Source: a bacterium (lineage in GTDB: Bacteria; Electryoneota; Electryoneia; Electryoneales; Electryoneaceae). Taken from it: a DNA stretch of 64,000 bases. This document shows positions 26,754 to 37,000 of the stretch, piece by piece (within the stretch, counting starts at the first letter, position 1; the number at the start of each line of letters is the position of its first letter). A model generated the notes under the pieces. It searched no databases and was not told where the DNA came from. It was given only the letters and a program-made list of their open reading frames with translations. The stretch spans positions 114,791 to 178,790 of the forward strand of contig CAXXKJ010000001.1 of assembly GCA_963675295.2 (NCBI GenBank). The letters run 5' to 3'. Position numbers and translations under genes: made by a program.

Positions 26754-28202
26754 ATGGCCGCTGCCCAGTACACAACCGCACCCGAAGACCGCATTTCGAT
26801 GGGTCACCGCCTGATCTACGGGCTCGGCGGGTTTGTCAACAACCTGCTCGCCGCGGCCAGTGGCGGGATGATGATCGTGCTCAACCTCGGGCTCGGGATG
26901 AATCCGGCGCTGGTCGGGCTGCTTGGCGCACTGCCACGTCTCACCGACGCGCTCACCGATCCGTTGATGGGCTACATCTCCGATAACACCAGCACACGTT
27001 GGGGACGGCGCCGGCCTTACATCTTCTGGGGTGCCATCGCGGCGGGTATTATCTTCGCCCTCCTGTGGCAATTGCCACACGACAAGAGCGAAACCTTCTA
27101 TTTCGTCTGGTTCCTCGTCGGTTCCATCCTGTTCTACATGGGTTACACCGTGTTCGCGACGCCGTGGGTCGCGCTCGGCTACGAACTGACCCCCGATTAC
27201 CACGAACGCACCCGGCTGATGGGCACGCAGAACTTCATCAGCCAACTCGCGTATGTCGTGTCGCCGTGGTTCCTCTGGATCATGACCTACGAAGGCTTTT
27301 TCGAGGACCAGGTTACCGGCGCGGCGGGACTGGCGATCATCATCGCGGTGTTCACCATCGGCGTCGGTATCCTCCCGGCGATCATCCTGCGTGAACGGTT
27401 CAAGGAAGCGTCACTGAACGGTGAGACCAACGCGATCGCACCGAAGTCGATCCTCGCGAACCTGGTGGAATTCTTCAAGGGATTCGGCACCACGCTGAAG
27501 TCCGGCCCGTTCCTCAAGCTCGGCCTCGCCACCTTCCTCGTGTTCAATGGCTTCATCCTGATCTCGGCGTTCGCGTCGTACGTGATCATCTACTACGTCG
27601 CGGGCGGCGATCAGAACCTCGGCGCGAAGTATGCCGGTTACGCCGGGACTGTCGGCGCGGCGGGCACGTTCCTGATCATTCCACTCATCACCTGGCTGGC
27701 GACGAAGATTGGCAAACGCCGGGCGTTCTTCGTCTCGACCGGCCTCTCGATCATCGGTTACGCGCTCAAGTGGGTATGCTACACCCCGGAGAATCCGTGG
27801 CTGACCCTCGTCCCGGCGCCGTTCCTGTCCTTCAGCCTCGGCGGGCTGTTCACGCTGATGCCGTCGATGGTGGCGGACGTGGTCGATCTGGACGAGCTGA
27901 AAACGCACAAACGCCGCGAAGGGATGTACGGCTCGATCTTCTGGTGGGTGGTCAAGCTCGGCATGGCGGCGGCGCTGGCCGGCGGTGGCTACCTGTTGAA
28001 CTGGACCGGATTCGACGTCGAACTCGGCGGCAATCAGTCCGACCGCGCGCTCACCCTGATGCGCCTCGCCGACATGCTGATCCCGATTGTCACTTCACTG
28101 ATCGCGATCTGGGCGGTGTGGACGTTCCCGATCACCGAGGAGAAGGCGCACGAGGTCCGGATGGAACTCGAACGCAGACGTGGAAAACCCGGCGAAGCTT
28201 GA
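26754..28202 (+). CDS. glycoside-pentoside-hexuronide (GPH)/MFS family sugar:cation symporter
   Basis: 12-TM layout and the DPLMGYISDNTSTRWGRRRPYI signature of MelB/GPH transporters. Confidence 0.9.
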   Translation: MAAAQYTTAPEDRISMGHRLIYGLGGFVNNLLAAASGGMMIVLNLGLGMNPALVGLLGALPRLTDALTDPLMGYISDNTSTRWGRRRPYIFWGAIAAGIIFALLWQLPHDKSETFYFVWFLVGSILFYMGYTVFATPWVALGYELTPDYHERTRLMGTQNFISQLAYVVSPWFLWIMTYEGFFEDQVTGAAGLAIIIAVFTIGVGILPAIILRERFKEASLNGETNAIAPKSILANLVEFFKGFGTTLKSGPFLKLGLATFLVFNGFILISAFASYVIIYYVAGGDQNLGAKYAGYAGTVGAAGTFLIIPLITWLATKIGKRRAFFVSTGLSIIGYALKWVCYTPENPWLTLVPAPFLSFSLGGLFTLMPSMVADVVDLDELKTHKRREGMYGSIFWWVVKLGMAAALAGGGYLLNWTGFDVELGGNQSDRALTLMRLADMLIPIVTSLIAIWAVWTFPITEEKAHEVRMELERRRGKPGEA

Positions 28203-28224
28203 TCGTTGGAATTCAAGCAGCAAC

Positions 28225-28260
28225 GCGAATGCCCACCATCCTCGGACAGTGGGCATTCGC
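28225..28260. terminator. 12-bp-stem hairpin between convergent genes
   Basis: GCGAATGCCCAC-N12-GTGGGCATTCGC. Confidence 0.5.
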
Positions 28261-28298
28261 TGTATGTGAAATGCTCCGCGCTTGTACCTTCAGAGCGA

Positions 28299-30515
28299 TT
28301 ACGCCATAAGCTCAAACTCCGCACCCAGATTCGCCGTCGAATCGCCACCGATCCAGACATCAAACCAGCCCGGTTCCGCTTTGAGCCGCATGTCGCGTCC
28401 GTAAAACGCGAGGTCTTCCCTACTCAACTCAAACCGCACCCGTTTCGTCTCGCCCGGCTGCAACCGGACACGCTGGAAACCCTTCAGCTCGCGCACCGGA
28501 CGTGTCACACTGCCGGCCCGATCCCGTACATACAACTGCACCACTTCGGTGCCTTCGCGGGTGCCGATGTTCGTCACCTCCGCCGATACTGCAACCGTCT
28601 CGCCCAGCATAATCTGATCCGACTCAACCCGGATCGCGTCATACCGGAAACGGGTATAGCTCAGCCCGTACCCGAATGGCCACATCGGTGACGGATCGAC
28701 ATCGAGATGGAACGACGTATTCCCGAACGAGTGCTGCGACGCACCCTGCTCGATCTCGTCAATGTGACGCACCGACTCCGGTGTCGCGGGACGGCCGGTG
28801 TTTTTCTGCGAATAATAGATCGGGATCTGGCCGGTGACGCGGGGGAACGTCACCGTCAGCTTCCCGACCGGTTCTTCGCGGCCAAACAGCAGGTCAACAA
28901 TCGCCGGGCCCGCCATCGTGCCCGGATGCCATGCGTACAGGATCGCATCCACCGACCCAGCGACATCTTGCAACGCCAATGGCCGGCCGGCCATCACGAC
29001 CAGCACCACCGGCGTGCCAACCTTCGCGAGCTCATGAATCAGCTCAGCCTGATTGCCCGGCAAGCCGATATCCGCACGTGAATGCGCTTCGCCGCTGAGG
29101 ATCGACTCTTCGCCGAGGAACAGCAGTACCACATCCGATTGCCGTGCAGCGGCAATCGCCTCGTCGAAGCCGTCCCGCGAACGGCTGCGAGTCGTCTCCA
29201 GCGCTCGAACATGGTTGATCGTGATCCGATCGCCCGCAACCTCGCGCAACGCCTGCAACGGGGTCTGGCTCAGCGCCGGGTCACCGTCAAAGACCCACGT
29301 GCCCAGCTGTTCGTAGCCATCGTCCGCGAGCGGACCAATCACCGCGACCGACTTGACCGCGTCGGGTGACAACGGCAGCAGCCAGTCCTGATTCTTCAGC
29401 AAGACACAGCTTTCCAGCGCTGCCTGTTTCGCCAGGCCCAACGCGTCCGGGCTGCCCGGCTTCGGCACATCAACCGGGATCGTAGTGCGTTCGTCGAACA
29501 GTCCGAGCGCAAATTTCACACGCAGGACATTGGCAACCATCGCGTCGATCTGGGCGATGGTCAATCGGCCTTCGTCAACCAGGTCCGCGAGATGGTCGGC
29601 GTAGGTCCGGCTCGCCATCTCCATGTCCACACCGGCGGACGCCGCCGCGAGGGCGGATGCCTTGTCGCCATCGGTCAGGCCGTGAACCGCCAACTGCGGG
29701 ATTGATTCCCAGTCGCTGACCACCATGCCGTTGTAGCCCCACTCCTCGCGCAGGATTTTGCGCAGCAGAAAATCGTTCGCACTGGCGGGGATACCGTCCA
29801 GGTCGCTGAACGAGGTCATGAAGGTTGCGACACCCGCGTCCGCCGCCGCCTTGAACGGTGGCAGGTGGACGTTGCGCAGCTCGTTTTCCGGGATGTTTGT
29901 CGTGTTGTAGTCGCGTCCGCTCTCGCTTGCACCATAGCCGGCGAAGTGCTTTGCGCACGCCGCGACTGAGGCCGGGTCAGACAGGTCATCACCCTGGAAG
30001 CCTTCGATCATCGCTTGTCCATACAACGCGGCCAGCCACGGGTCTTCACCGAACGTTTCGGCAACACGGCCCCAGCGTGGATCGCGGCCGATGTCCAGCA
30101 TCGGGGCGTAGGTCCAGTTGACACCGGCCGCGACCGCCTCGCGCGCGGCGATCCGCGCCGTGTCGCGCACGATGTCCGGGTTCCAGCTCGCCGCCAATCC
30201 GAGGGGGATTGGGAAGACGGTCTTGAAGCCGTGAATCACGTCGCGCCCGACCAGTAACGGAATCCCGAGCCGGCTGTCCTCACGCGCGATCCGTTGAAAC
30301 TCACGGATCTGTTCCGCGCCGACTTCGTTGAGAATGCCGCCGATTTCGCCCGCGGCAATCTGGCTGTTGAACACGTCCGCCTGCTCCGGTCCGGGCGTGT
30401 TCATCACGTTCAGCTGACCGATCTTCTCCGCCAGTGTCATCCGGCTGATCAGCTCCGCGATCCGTTGCTCCAGCGTGGGCGCGACTGGTGTAAGTGTATC
30501 TGGTTCCCGTGCCAC
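28299..30515 (-). CDS. bglX: GH3 beta-glucosidase (BglX-like)
   Basis: MTLAEKIGQLN, GRDVIHGF, VVSDW nucleophile region, C-terminal FnIII-like domain. Start set at the GTG (VAREPD) preceded by GGAG, which removes the overlap with the upstream gene. Confidence 0.9.
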   Translation of the reverse strand: MAREPDTLTPVAPTLEQRIAELISRMTLAEKIGQLNVMNTPGPEQADVFNSQIAAGEIGGILNEVGAEQIREFQRIAREDSRLGIPLLVGRDVIHGFKTVFPIPLGLAASWNPDIVRDTARIAAREAVAAGVNWTYAPMLDIGRDPRWGRVAETFGEDPWLAALYGQAMIEGFQGDDLSDPASVAACAKHFAGYGASESGRDYNTTNIPENELRNVHLPPFKAAADAGVATFMTSFSDLDGIPASANDFLLRKILREEWGYNGMVVSDWESIPQLAVHGLTDGDKASALAAASAGVDMEMASRTYADHLADLVDEGRLTIAQIDAMVANVLRVKFALGLFDERTTIPVDVPKPGSPDALGLAKQAALESCVLLKNQDWLLPLSPDAVKSVAVIGPLADDGYEQLGTWVFDGDPALSQTPLQALREVAGDRITINHVRALETTRSRSRDGFDEAIAAARQSDVVLLFLGEESILSGEAHSRADIGLPGNQAELIHELAKVGTPVVLVVMAGRPLALQDVAGSVDAILYAWHPGTMAGPAIVDLLFGREEPVGKLTVTFPRVTGQIPIYYSQKNTGRPATPESVRHIDEIEQGASQHSFGNTSFHLDVDPSPMWPFGYGLSYTRFRYDAIRVESDQIMLGETVAVSAEVTNIGTREGTEVVQLYVRDRAGSVTRPVRELKGFQRVRLQPGETKRVRFELSREDLAFYGRDMRLKAEPGWFDVWIGGDSTANLGAEFELMA

Positions 30516-30535
30516 AAATACTCCGTGCTGCTCGT

Positions 30536-33500
30536 CTAGTTTCCGATGGTGAGACTCAGGTACGTGCGAATCTCCCACTCGCTGCCCTGTGACAGGCCCG
30601 GTGTTTCGGTGTCGCAGGTTACATTGCCGCTGGCGTCAACGATCGTCGCCGGGCAATACCGCGGCGAATACTGGTCGAGTGACCGCCACGTAACCCGCAC
30701 GCCAAACCGTGTCTGCGGCTCGTCAAACCACTCCGGCATCCCGACGAACGTCGACACATCACCCACCAATTGCAGCGGATACGTCAGGTTGAAGTCCTTG
30801 TGGTAATCGTACGGACCCCAGTCATTCACTTTCGCGGACGCGATGAACTTGAACGAATCCAGAATCAACCGCACGTCGCCACCGTACCGTTCGACCAGCC
30901 GGGGATCATTGCCGTTCGGCTCGCCGGTGCCGACAAATACGTTGGTCACCAGTCCGAAGCCCGGCCACGCTTTCGACACCATCCGGGAATACACTTCCCA
31001 CAGGTCACGCGCGGGCGTGGCGCCCGGGAAGGCGAATGATGTAACTCCATCCTCAAGGATGCCGATCGCCGCGTCCTGCGTCGTCGGGTGATGCTTGAAG
31101 ACAAAGCCGAGGTTGCCGGCAAACGCGGCATCTTCGCGCAGGTCGTTGTCCCAGTCGTACATCCAGGTCGCCGGGGTTGGGTCATAGGTCAGCAGGATTT
31201 CGCCTGCGGTCGTCTCACGGTTGGCCCGCACCGCGAACGCGTCGTCGAGGATGTTGCGCGGACGTCCCGGAGTGGGCACATCGCCCGGGATCGGCCCGAC
31301 AATCGGCTTCTGCCAGAGGAAGTTCGGCGCGATGGTCCAGTTGCCGATCATGTAGGTGAAGCCGGTGATCACGTTGTTCTGGTTCCCGCTGCCGGAATCG
31401 GCCAGCCGCCAGCCGGTGAAGGTCTGCACCGCCGTCGGACCTCCATCTGCCACCAGCCCCATCGAGGCGGCCTGCAGGTACCAGTTCCAACGGCCATACG
31501 AGAACGTGAACTTGACCTTGCCGCCGAAAGTGTCTGTATCCTTGATCTCGTCCTGCAACACGGTGTAGTTGCCGGAAGACCCTTCGACGAACTGGAAGGA
31601 GTCGCCGATTCGTTCGCGCCCACCGACGATCCCACCGATCTGAATTCCGAACGGACCCTTTTCCGTCTCGAGCGCCAGGGTCACCTTCTCCGTCGAGGGG
31701 GACGGGATCGCGATGGAACTGACCGCCGCGTCACGCTGCTCGAGGTCGCGCTGGTATACTGCCGATGCCAGCACCGGGCCAATATCATACTGATACTTCG
31801 CCAGCACCGCCGGGTTCGCACCCCACCACAACTGCGGACCGAATGCCAACACCAGGTTGTTCAACGCACGCTTGCCAGCCACCTCGAAACCAACCGGCGC
31901 CTCACCGTTGTAGATGTCGATGTTCTCGCCGTAATTCGCCTCACGGTACAGGCCGAAGAAGTCGCCCTCATACCCCCAGTGATAATGCCCGGTGCGGTAG
32001 AACCCGTCCAGATTGAACCAGTGATCCTCCCAGTGGATGCTCGCCTGGTACAGTTTCACCCGCTCGACGTCGGTCAACTCTTTGGTGCCGGAGGTGGTTT
32101 GTACCGTCACCGGACGGCCGCGATTCTCGTAGAAGATCTCGTCGATCGGGTTGGTCGGCACGTTGCCGAGGATGTTAAGCGTCGCATATCCGGTTACGTT
32201 GTCCGCCGGAGTCGCCTCGAACGTGGTGTACACCGACTGCATGTGATCGAAGCCGAGGAACGCGGGGTAGGTATCGCTGGTCGACGACGGCTGGTCCGGT
32301 GTGCTGATGTTCGTCCCGCCGGTGCTGTACGTTTCCATATCGACCCGTAAGCCGCTCAACCGTACCCGGCGCAGGGTTTCCGTCTGTAGCGCGGCCTTGT
32401 CGGAACGCGCCTCGAGCGTCGCGCCGAGCGGATTGATATTCGCGAAATGCGCGTTGATCTCCGCCAGACCGACCTCCGGCGCGTACGGGTTCAGCTCATG
32501 CGCCTGCTTCAACGCATAGTACGCCGCGCGCGGATACAGCTGGTAAATCCCCGCGCTGTTCGGCATGCCCTTGGCGCAAATACCCCACCACTCCTCATTC
32601 ATGTTGTTTTCGCCCGGAATGAAGTCGTCGGGGTAGCCGTCGTTGGGCCAGGACGCGTTGATATCATGCACTTCCAGGTTGCTGGTCTGCTCGAATTTCC
32701 ACCAGCCGTCGCTGAACTGGAAAGTCATCCCGCCGATGGAGTTGTCCGCGAGGCCGTGCCCGGCGGCGTTCGCGTAAATCTCCCGCCACTGGCTGATCAG
32801 GTACCGTGCCTGCATCTGTTGATCTTCGCTCAACGTTTTCGCGTTGAACGCGTCCGAACCGAACTCGGTGAACACAATCGGCACACCCAGCTTCTCCTTG
32901 ACCACCTCAAATGCGTCACGGAAGGAATACCCGCGGTACATGTTGGTGCCGAAAATGTCGAGGTTGCCCGCCTCGGACGCGATCAGGTCGATGTACTGCA
33001 CGTCCCCGTTGGCGATGGCGACGGGACGCATGTCGTCGATGCCGTGAATCGCGTCGATGATCTCACCGTACAGGGAATAGAGGTAACGCGCGCGGGCGGT
33101 GTCACGTTCGCCTTCCGGCAACGCTTCGGTCTCGGCCGAGGACCACGTCAGCCCATAGTTGTTCTCGTTGCCGAGCAGCCACATCAGGATGCCGGGCGTG
33201 TCCCGATACTGTTCGACCAGGCCGGTGATCTCGTCCTTGAGCGAGGCACGGGTCAGCTCGTCCGAATAGTCTGTGCTCGGGATGTACAAGCCGTCAATCG
33301 TGACACCATACCGGCCCATCGGATGGTTCAGCACGGTGTAAATGCCGTAGGTCTCGTAAATGTACTGCACCCACTCGGGTGGGACACCGACATACTGCCG
33401 GATCACATTCACGCCCATGTTCTTCAGCAGCAGCATCTCACCGTGCAACGCCTCCCGGATCACCTCTTCCGGTTGATTCCACAAGGCGTAGTTGTAGTTG

Positions 33501-33718
33501 TCGCCGATCGGGATGTAGTCCCAGTTCATCCCGTTGATGATGAAGTCCTCACCGTTCACCTGCAGCCGTGACCCGCTGGCGTCATTCACCACCTGCACCC
33601 GGTCAACACCGGCCAGCGCCGGGAGGGCAACACCGAGGATCAGCAGTGCCAGCAACAGCAACAGGCTACGTCCACGCAATCCCGCTGCACGGTTCCGGTT
33701 CGCCGTAAGGATTCCCAT
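30536..33718 (-). CDS. secreted clan GH-A (TIM-barrel) glycosidase fused to a ~650-aa beta-strand-rich C-terminal domain of unknown function
   Basis: Signal peptide (LLLLLALLILGVALPALAG). WLLGNENNY (acid/base NE) and VFTEFGSD (nucleophile E). The remainder shows alternating aromatic/Gly-rich strand-like segments. Confidence 0.8.
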   Translation of the reverse strand: MGILTANRNRAAGLRGRSLLLLLALLILGVALPALAGVDRVQVVNDASGSRLQVNGEDFIINGMNWDYIPIGDNYNYALWNQPEEVIREALHGEMLLLKNMGVNVIRQYVGVPPEWVQYIYETYGIYTVLNHPMGRYGVTIDGLYIPSTDYSDELTRASLKDEITGLVEQYRDTPGILMWLLGNENNYGLTWSSAETEALPEGERDTARARYLYSLYGEIIDAIHGIDDMRPVAIANGDVQYIDLIASEAGNLDIFGTNMYRGYSFRDAFEVVKEKLGVPIVFTEFGSDAFNAKTLSEDQQMQARYLISQWREIYANAAGHGLADNSIGGMTFQFSDGWWKFEQTSNLEVHDINASWPNDGYPDDFIPGENNMNEEWWGICAKGMPNSAGIYQLYPRAAYYALKQAHELNPYAPEVGLAEINAHFANINPLGATLEARSDKAALQTETLRRVRLSGLRVDMETYSTGGTNISTPDQPSSTSDTYPAFLGFDHMQSVYTTFEATPADNVTGYATLNILGNVPTNPIDEIFYENRGRPVTVQTTSGTKELTDVERVKLYQASIHWEDHWFNLDGFYRTGHYHWGYEGDFFGLYREANYGENIDIYNGEAPVGFEVAGKRALNNLVLAFGPQLWWGANPAVLAKYQYDIGPVLASAVYQRDLEQRDAAVSSIAIPSPSTEKVTLALETEKGPFGIQIGGIVGGRERIGDSFQFVEGSSGNYTVLQDEIKDTDTFGGKVKFTFSYGRWNWYLQAASMGLVADGGPTAVQTFTGWRLADSGSGNQNNVITGFTYMIGNWTIAPNFLWQKPIVGPIPGDVPTPGRPRNILDDAFAVRANRETTAGEILLTYDPTPATWMYDWDNDLREDAAFAGNLGFVFKHHPTTQDAAIGILEDGVTSFAFPGATPARDLWEVYSRMVSKAWPGFGLVTNVFVGTGEPNGNDPRLVERYGGDVRLILDSFKFIASAKVNDWGPYDYHKDFNLTYPLQLVGDVSTFVGMPEWFDEPQTRFGVRVTWRSLDQYSPRYCPATIVDASGNVTCDTETPGLSQGSEWEIRTYLSLTIGN

Positions 33719-33817
33719 CGCATACTCCCAGCAAAATCGCCCACGAATCCCCGGCGCTGTTGACGCTTTCAACGTCACCTACCGCCCGGACTCGAGGCCG
33801 GCCACGTCCCCAACGGG

Positions 33818-33842
33818 ACTTTGTTTTCTTGCCGAACAAAGT
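33818..33842. promoter_or_regulatory. operator candidate ACTTTGT-N11-ACAAAGT (site 4)
   Basis: ACTTTGTTTTCTTGCCGAACAAAGT, about 100 bp upstream of the minus-strand start at 33718. Confidence 0.5.
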
Positions 33843-34000
33843 AAGCCCGTGAGCCCCGGGAGTCAAGAGCGGGACGGAACATTGAGACAAAACCTGACGG
33901 TTGCGGGCTCTGATTCTGTGGCTGTGAGGTCCAGAAGAAAACCCGGCATCGTGCGACACCGGGTTGTGTTTCACTGACAACTGAGTACTGACCACTGTCC

Positions 34001-37000
34001 TTACCGGACCAACATCACCTTCTGAGTCTGGTTGAGCTGACCGGGGACAGACGCGTGGATGAAGTACGCGCCACTGGCGAAATTCGTCGCGTCGAACGCC
34101 AGCTCGTGCGTCCCCGCCTGCGTATACCCATCCACCAGCCGCGCGACAGTCTGGCCGAGGGTGTTGACCACGGTGACCGTCAGGTCGGACGCTTCCGGCA
34201 GCGAGACACGCACCGTCGTCATCGCGTTGAACGGGTTCGGGTACGCTTCGTGCATCACAAAACCGGTCGGTACCGCGGCATCCGTCTGCTCATCCGCGAT
34301 CCAGCTGCCGCCACCTGCCGGCCAGTCAGCGTAGACCATGCCCGCGGCATCGGTCCCGTTGCTCAGCTTGGTGAAGCTGAAGGACTCGGTAAACAGCGGG
34401 TTGTTGACGTTCAGGCCGAGGTGGGCACGGAACTCGTGCGTTCCGGCGGGCGCGTTGCTGGGAATTTCCTGCGTCAGGCCGGTGACGGTCGCGTTGAAGA
34501 ACGGTGTCATCGTGAACGTCTGGTGGAACAATGGACCGAACACATTACCGTTTTGCAGCTCGACACTGGTCCAGAAGTCGACGCCCGGATAGCTCTGCGC
34601 GAGCGAACTCTGCAACGAGACCGTGTACACCAGCGTTCCGCCCGAGGCCGGGATCGTGGTCGAGGAGGTCGGGGTGACGTTAAACGTGACCGGCGAGGGA
34701 TTTCCGAGCGCGATGCTGTACATCGAGCGGCCGTGCGTGCCGGCAACCAGACGGCGCTCGCTGGCGATGAACTCGATGTCGAACACGGCGGACATTGGCA
34801 GGCCCTGGCCGAGCGCGGCCCAGGTGTCGCCTTCATTGGTGGTGAAGAAAACGCCGAAGTCGGTCCCGACGTAATACCGGCTCGGATCGTCCGGATCGAT
34901 GATGATATCGTTGACCGGACCTTCAGGAAGTTCACCGGCGCCGGTGCCGGAGACGGAGTACCAGGTCGCGCCGAGGTTGTCGCTGCGATAAACATGCGGC
35001 GTCGGGTCACTGACACGGTGTCCGGAGAAGGTGCAGAAAATCGTGTTCGGCTCGGTGGGGTGGAACGCCACGCGGCTGACCCACATCTCCGGCAGGGCGC
35101 TGTCGATCCGGGTCCAGTTGGAACCACCGTTCTGCGTGACCCAGACATTCGCGTCGTCCGTGCCGACCACGATGTAGTTTGGTTGTACCGCGCTGGCGGC
35201 AATGGTGGTGATGGTGCCGAAGGTCAGCGAGCCGGGATCATCGCCGTCGGTGAGATCGCCCGAGATCGTGTTCCAGTCGCTCCCCCGGTTGTTCGTGCGA
35301 TAAACGCGGTACGATCCGAAATACAGCCGGTCGTAATTGAACGGGTCGAAACAGAAAGGCGACATCCAGTTGCAGCGGTCGCTCCACCATTCGGAAATGC
35401 CGTAGAACGATGCGCCGCCGTTGGTGGACCGGGCCATGTTGCCGTTCTGCGATTCCGCGTAGGCATACCCGTTGTCACGTGGGTCGACAAGGCAGTAGAA
35501 CCCGTCCCCGCCGTAGATACGGTCCCAGTCACCTGTACCGCCGTTGACCGTCCGCATCGTGCCGTTGTCCTGCGTGCCGCCGAACAACCGTTCCGGGTGC
35601 GACGGGTCGTGGCAGATGGCGTAAAACTGTGTCGCGCCGAGGGAATTGAACTCGGTGGAGGTGCTCCCGCGATTCGTGGAACGGTCCAGACCGCCGTCGT
35701 GACCGGAGGTCACATGCGACGGGTTGTTCGGATCGATCCAGAAGGCGTGATGGTCGGCGTGGGCATTGTCAAACTCCGTCGACCAGGACGCGCCGCCGTC
35801 AAGGCTGCGAATGACGTCAACACCAGCGACGTAGATCACGTTCGGATTGCCCGGCTCGACAATGCTTTCGCCGAAGTACCAGCCGAAGGTCGAGTACAGG
35901 TTGTCGTCATAGCCGCCAATGTCGATGCTGGTCCACGTGTCGCCGCCGTTGTCGCTGCGCCAGCTGCCGTAGTACGGTGTGCTGCTGGAGCCGGGGTACG
36001 GTGTCCCCGAATGGAAGAGGTAGAGACGGTCCGGATTGTCCGGCGAGATGGCGAGCGCGCCACGACCGAGATTTGGATCGTTGCTCGGGATGCCGTTGGT
36101 CAGCTGCTGCCATGTGTCGCCGCCGTCCGTGCTGCGCCACACACCGCTGTCATCGCCGGCGACCTCGCGGGTCGAAGGCGTGCGGTAGCGTTCCCACATC
36201 ACCGCGTAGACGATATCCGGGTTCAGCTCGTTAATCTCGATGTCGATGCAGCCGGTGGTCTCGTTGATGTAATGAACCAGCTCCCACGTGTCGCCGCCAT
36301 CTTCCGTGCGGTACACGCCGCGCTCCGTGTTTGTCCCGAACAACTTTCCCGCGACCGCGACGAAGATCCGGTCGCTGTCAGTCGGGTCGACGACAATTCG
36401 CCCGATGTGATACGATTCCGGCAGACCCTTGTATGTCCAGGTGGCACCCGCATCTTCGGTCAGGTAAATGCCGACTCCCGGGTAGCTGTCGCCGGAAGCA
36501 TTCGCTTCGCCGGTCCCGAACCAGATCCGGTTGGGATCGTTGGGATCCATCGCCAACGCGCCCGCCGACTGAGCATAATCTTCGTCAAAGATTGGCGTGA
36601 AGTTCATCCCGTAGTCGTAGGACTTGAACACACCGCCGACCGCGCCGCCGGCGTACACGACGCCCGGGTTCGAGGGGTGCACCGCCAGAGCCGTGATGCG
36701 TCCGCCGATGTTCGTCGGACCTTCAAACAGCCAGGTTTCCTCCAACGGTGAGACCTGCTGCCGCATCACGTTGGCGCGCTCACGCCCCGCGCGCACGGCG
36801 TCCATGTTCAACGTGCCGTCCGGCCCGACACGCTGCGCCATGAACCAGTCGTTCGGTTCTTTCACCGGGCCGCGCAGCTCGGCTTTCATATCCTGCATCA
36901 GCGCCGGAGTCATCAGGTAGGGGGCTCGTTCTGTGGGCTGCGGCACAAACCAGATCAACAGCAGCAGTACCGAGGCCAGGAAAAATGCGGTGACGGGGTG

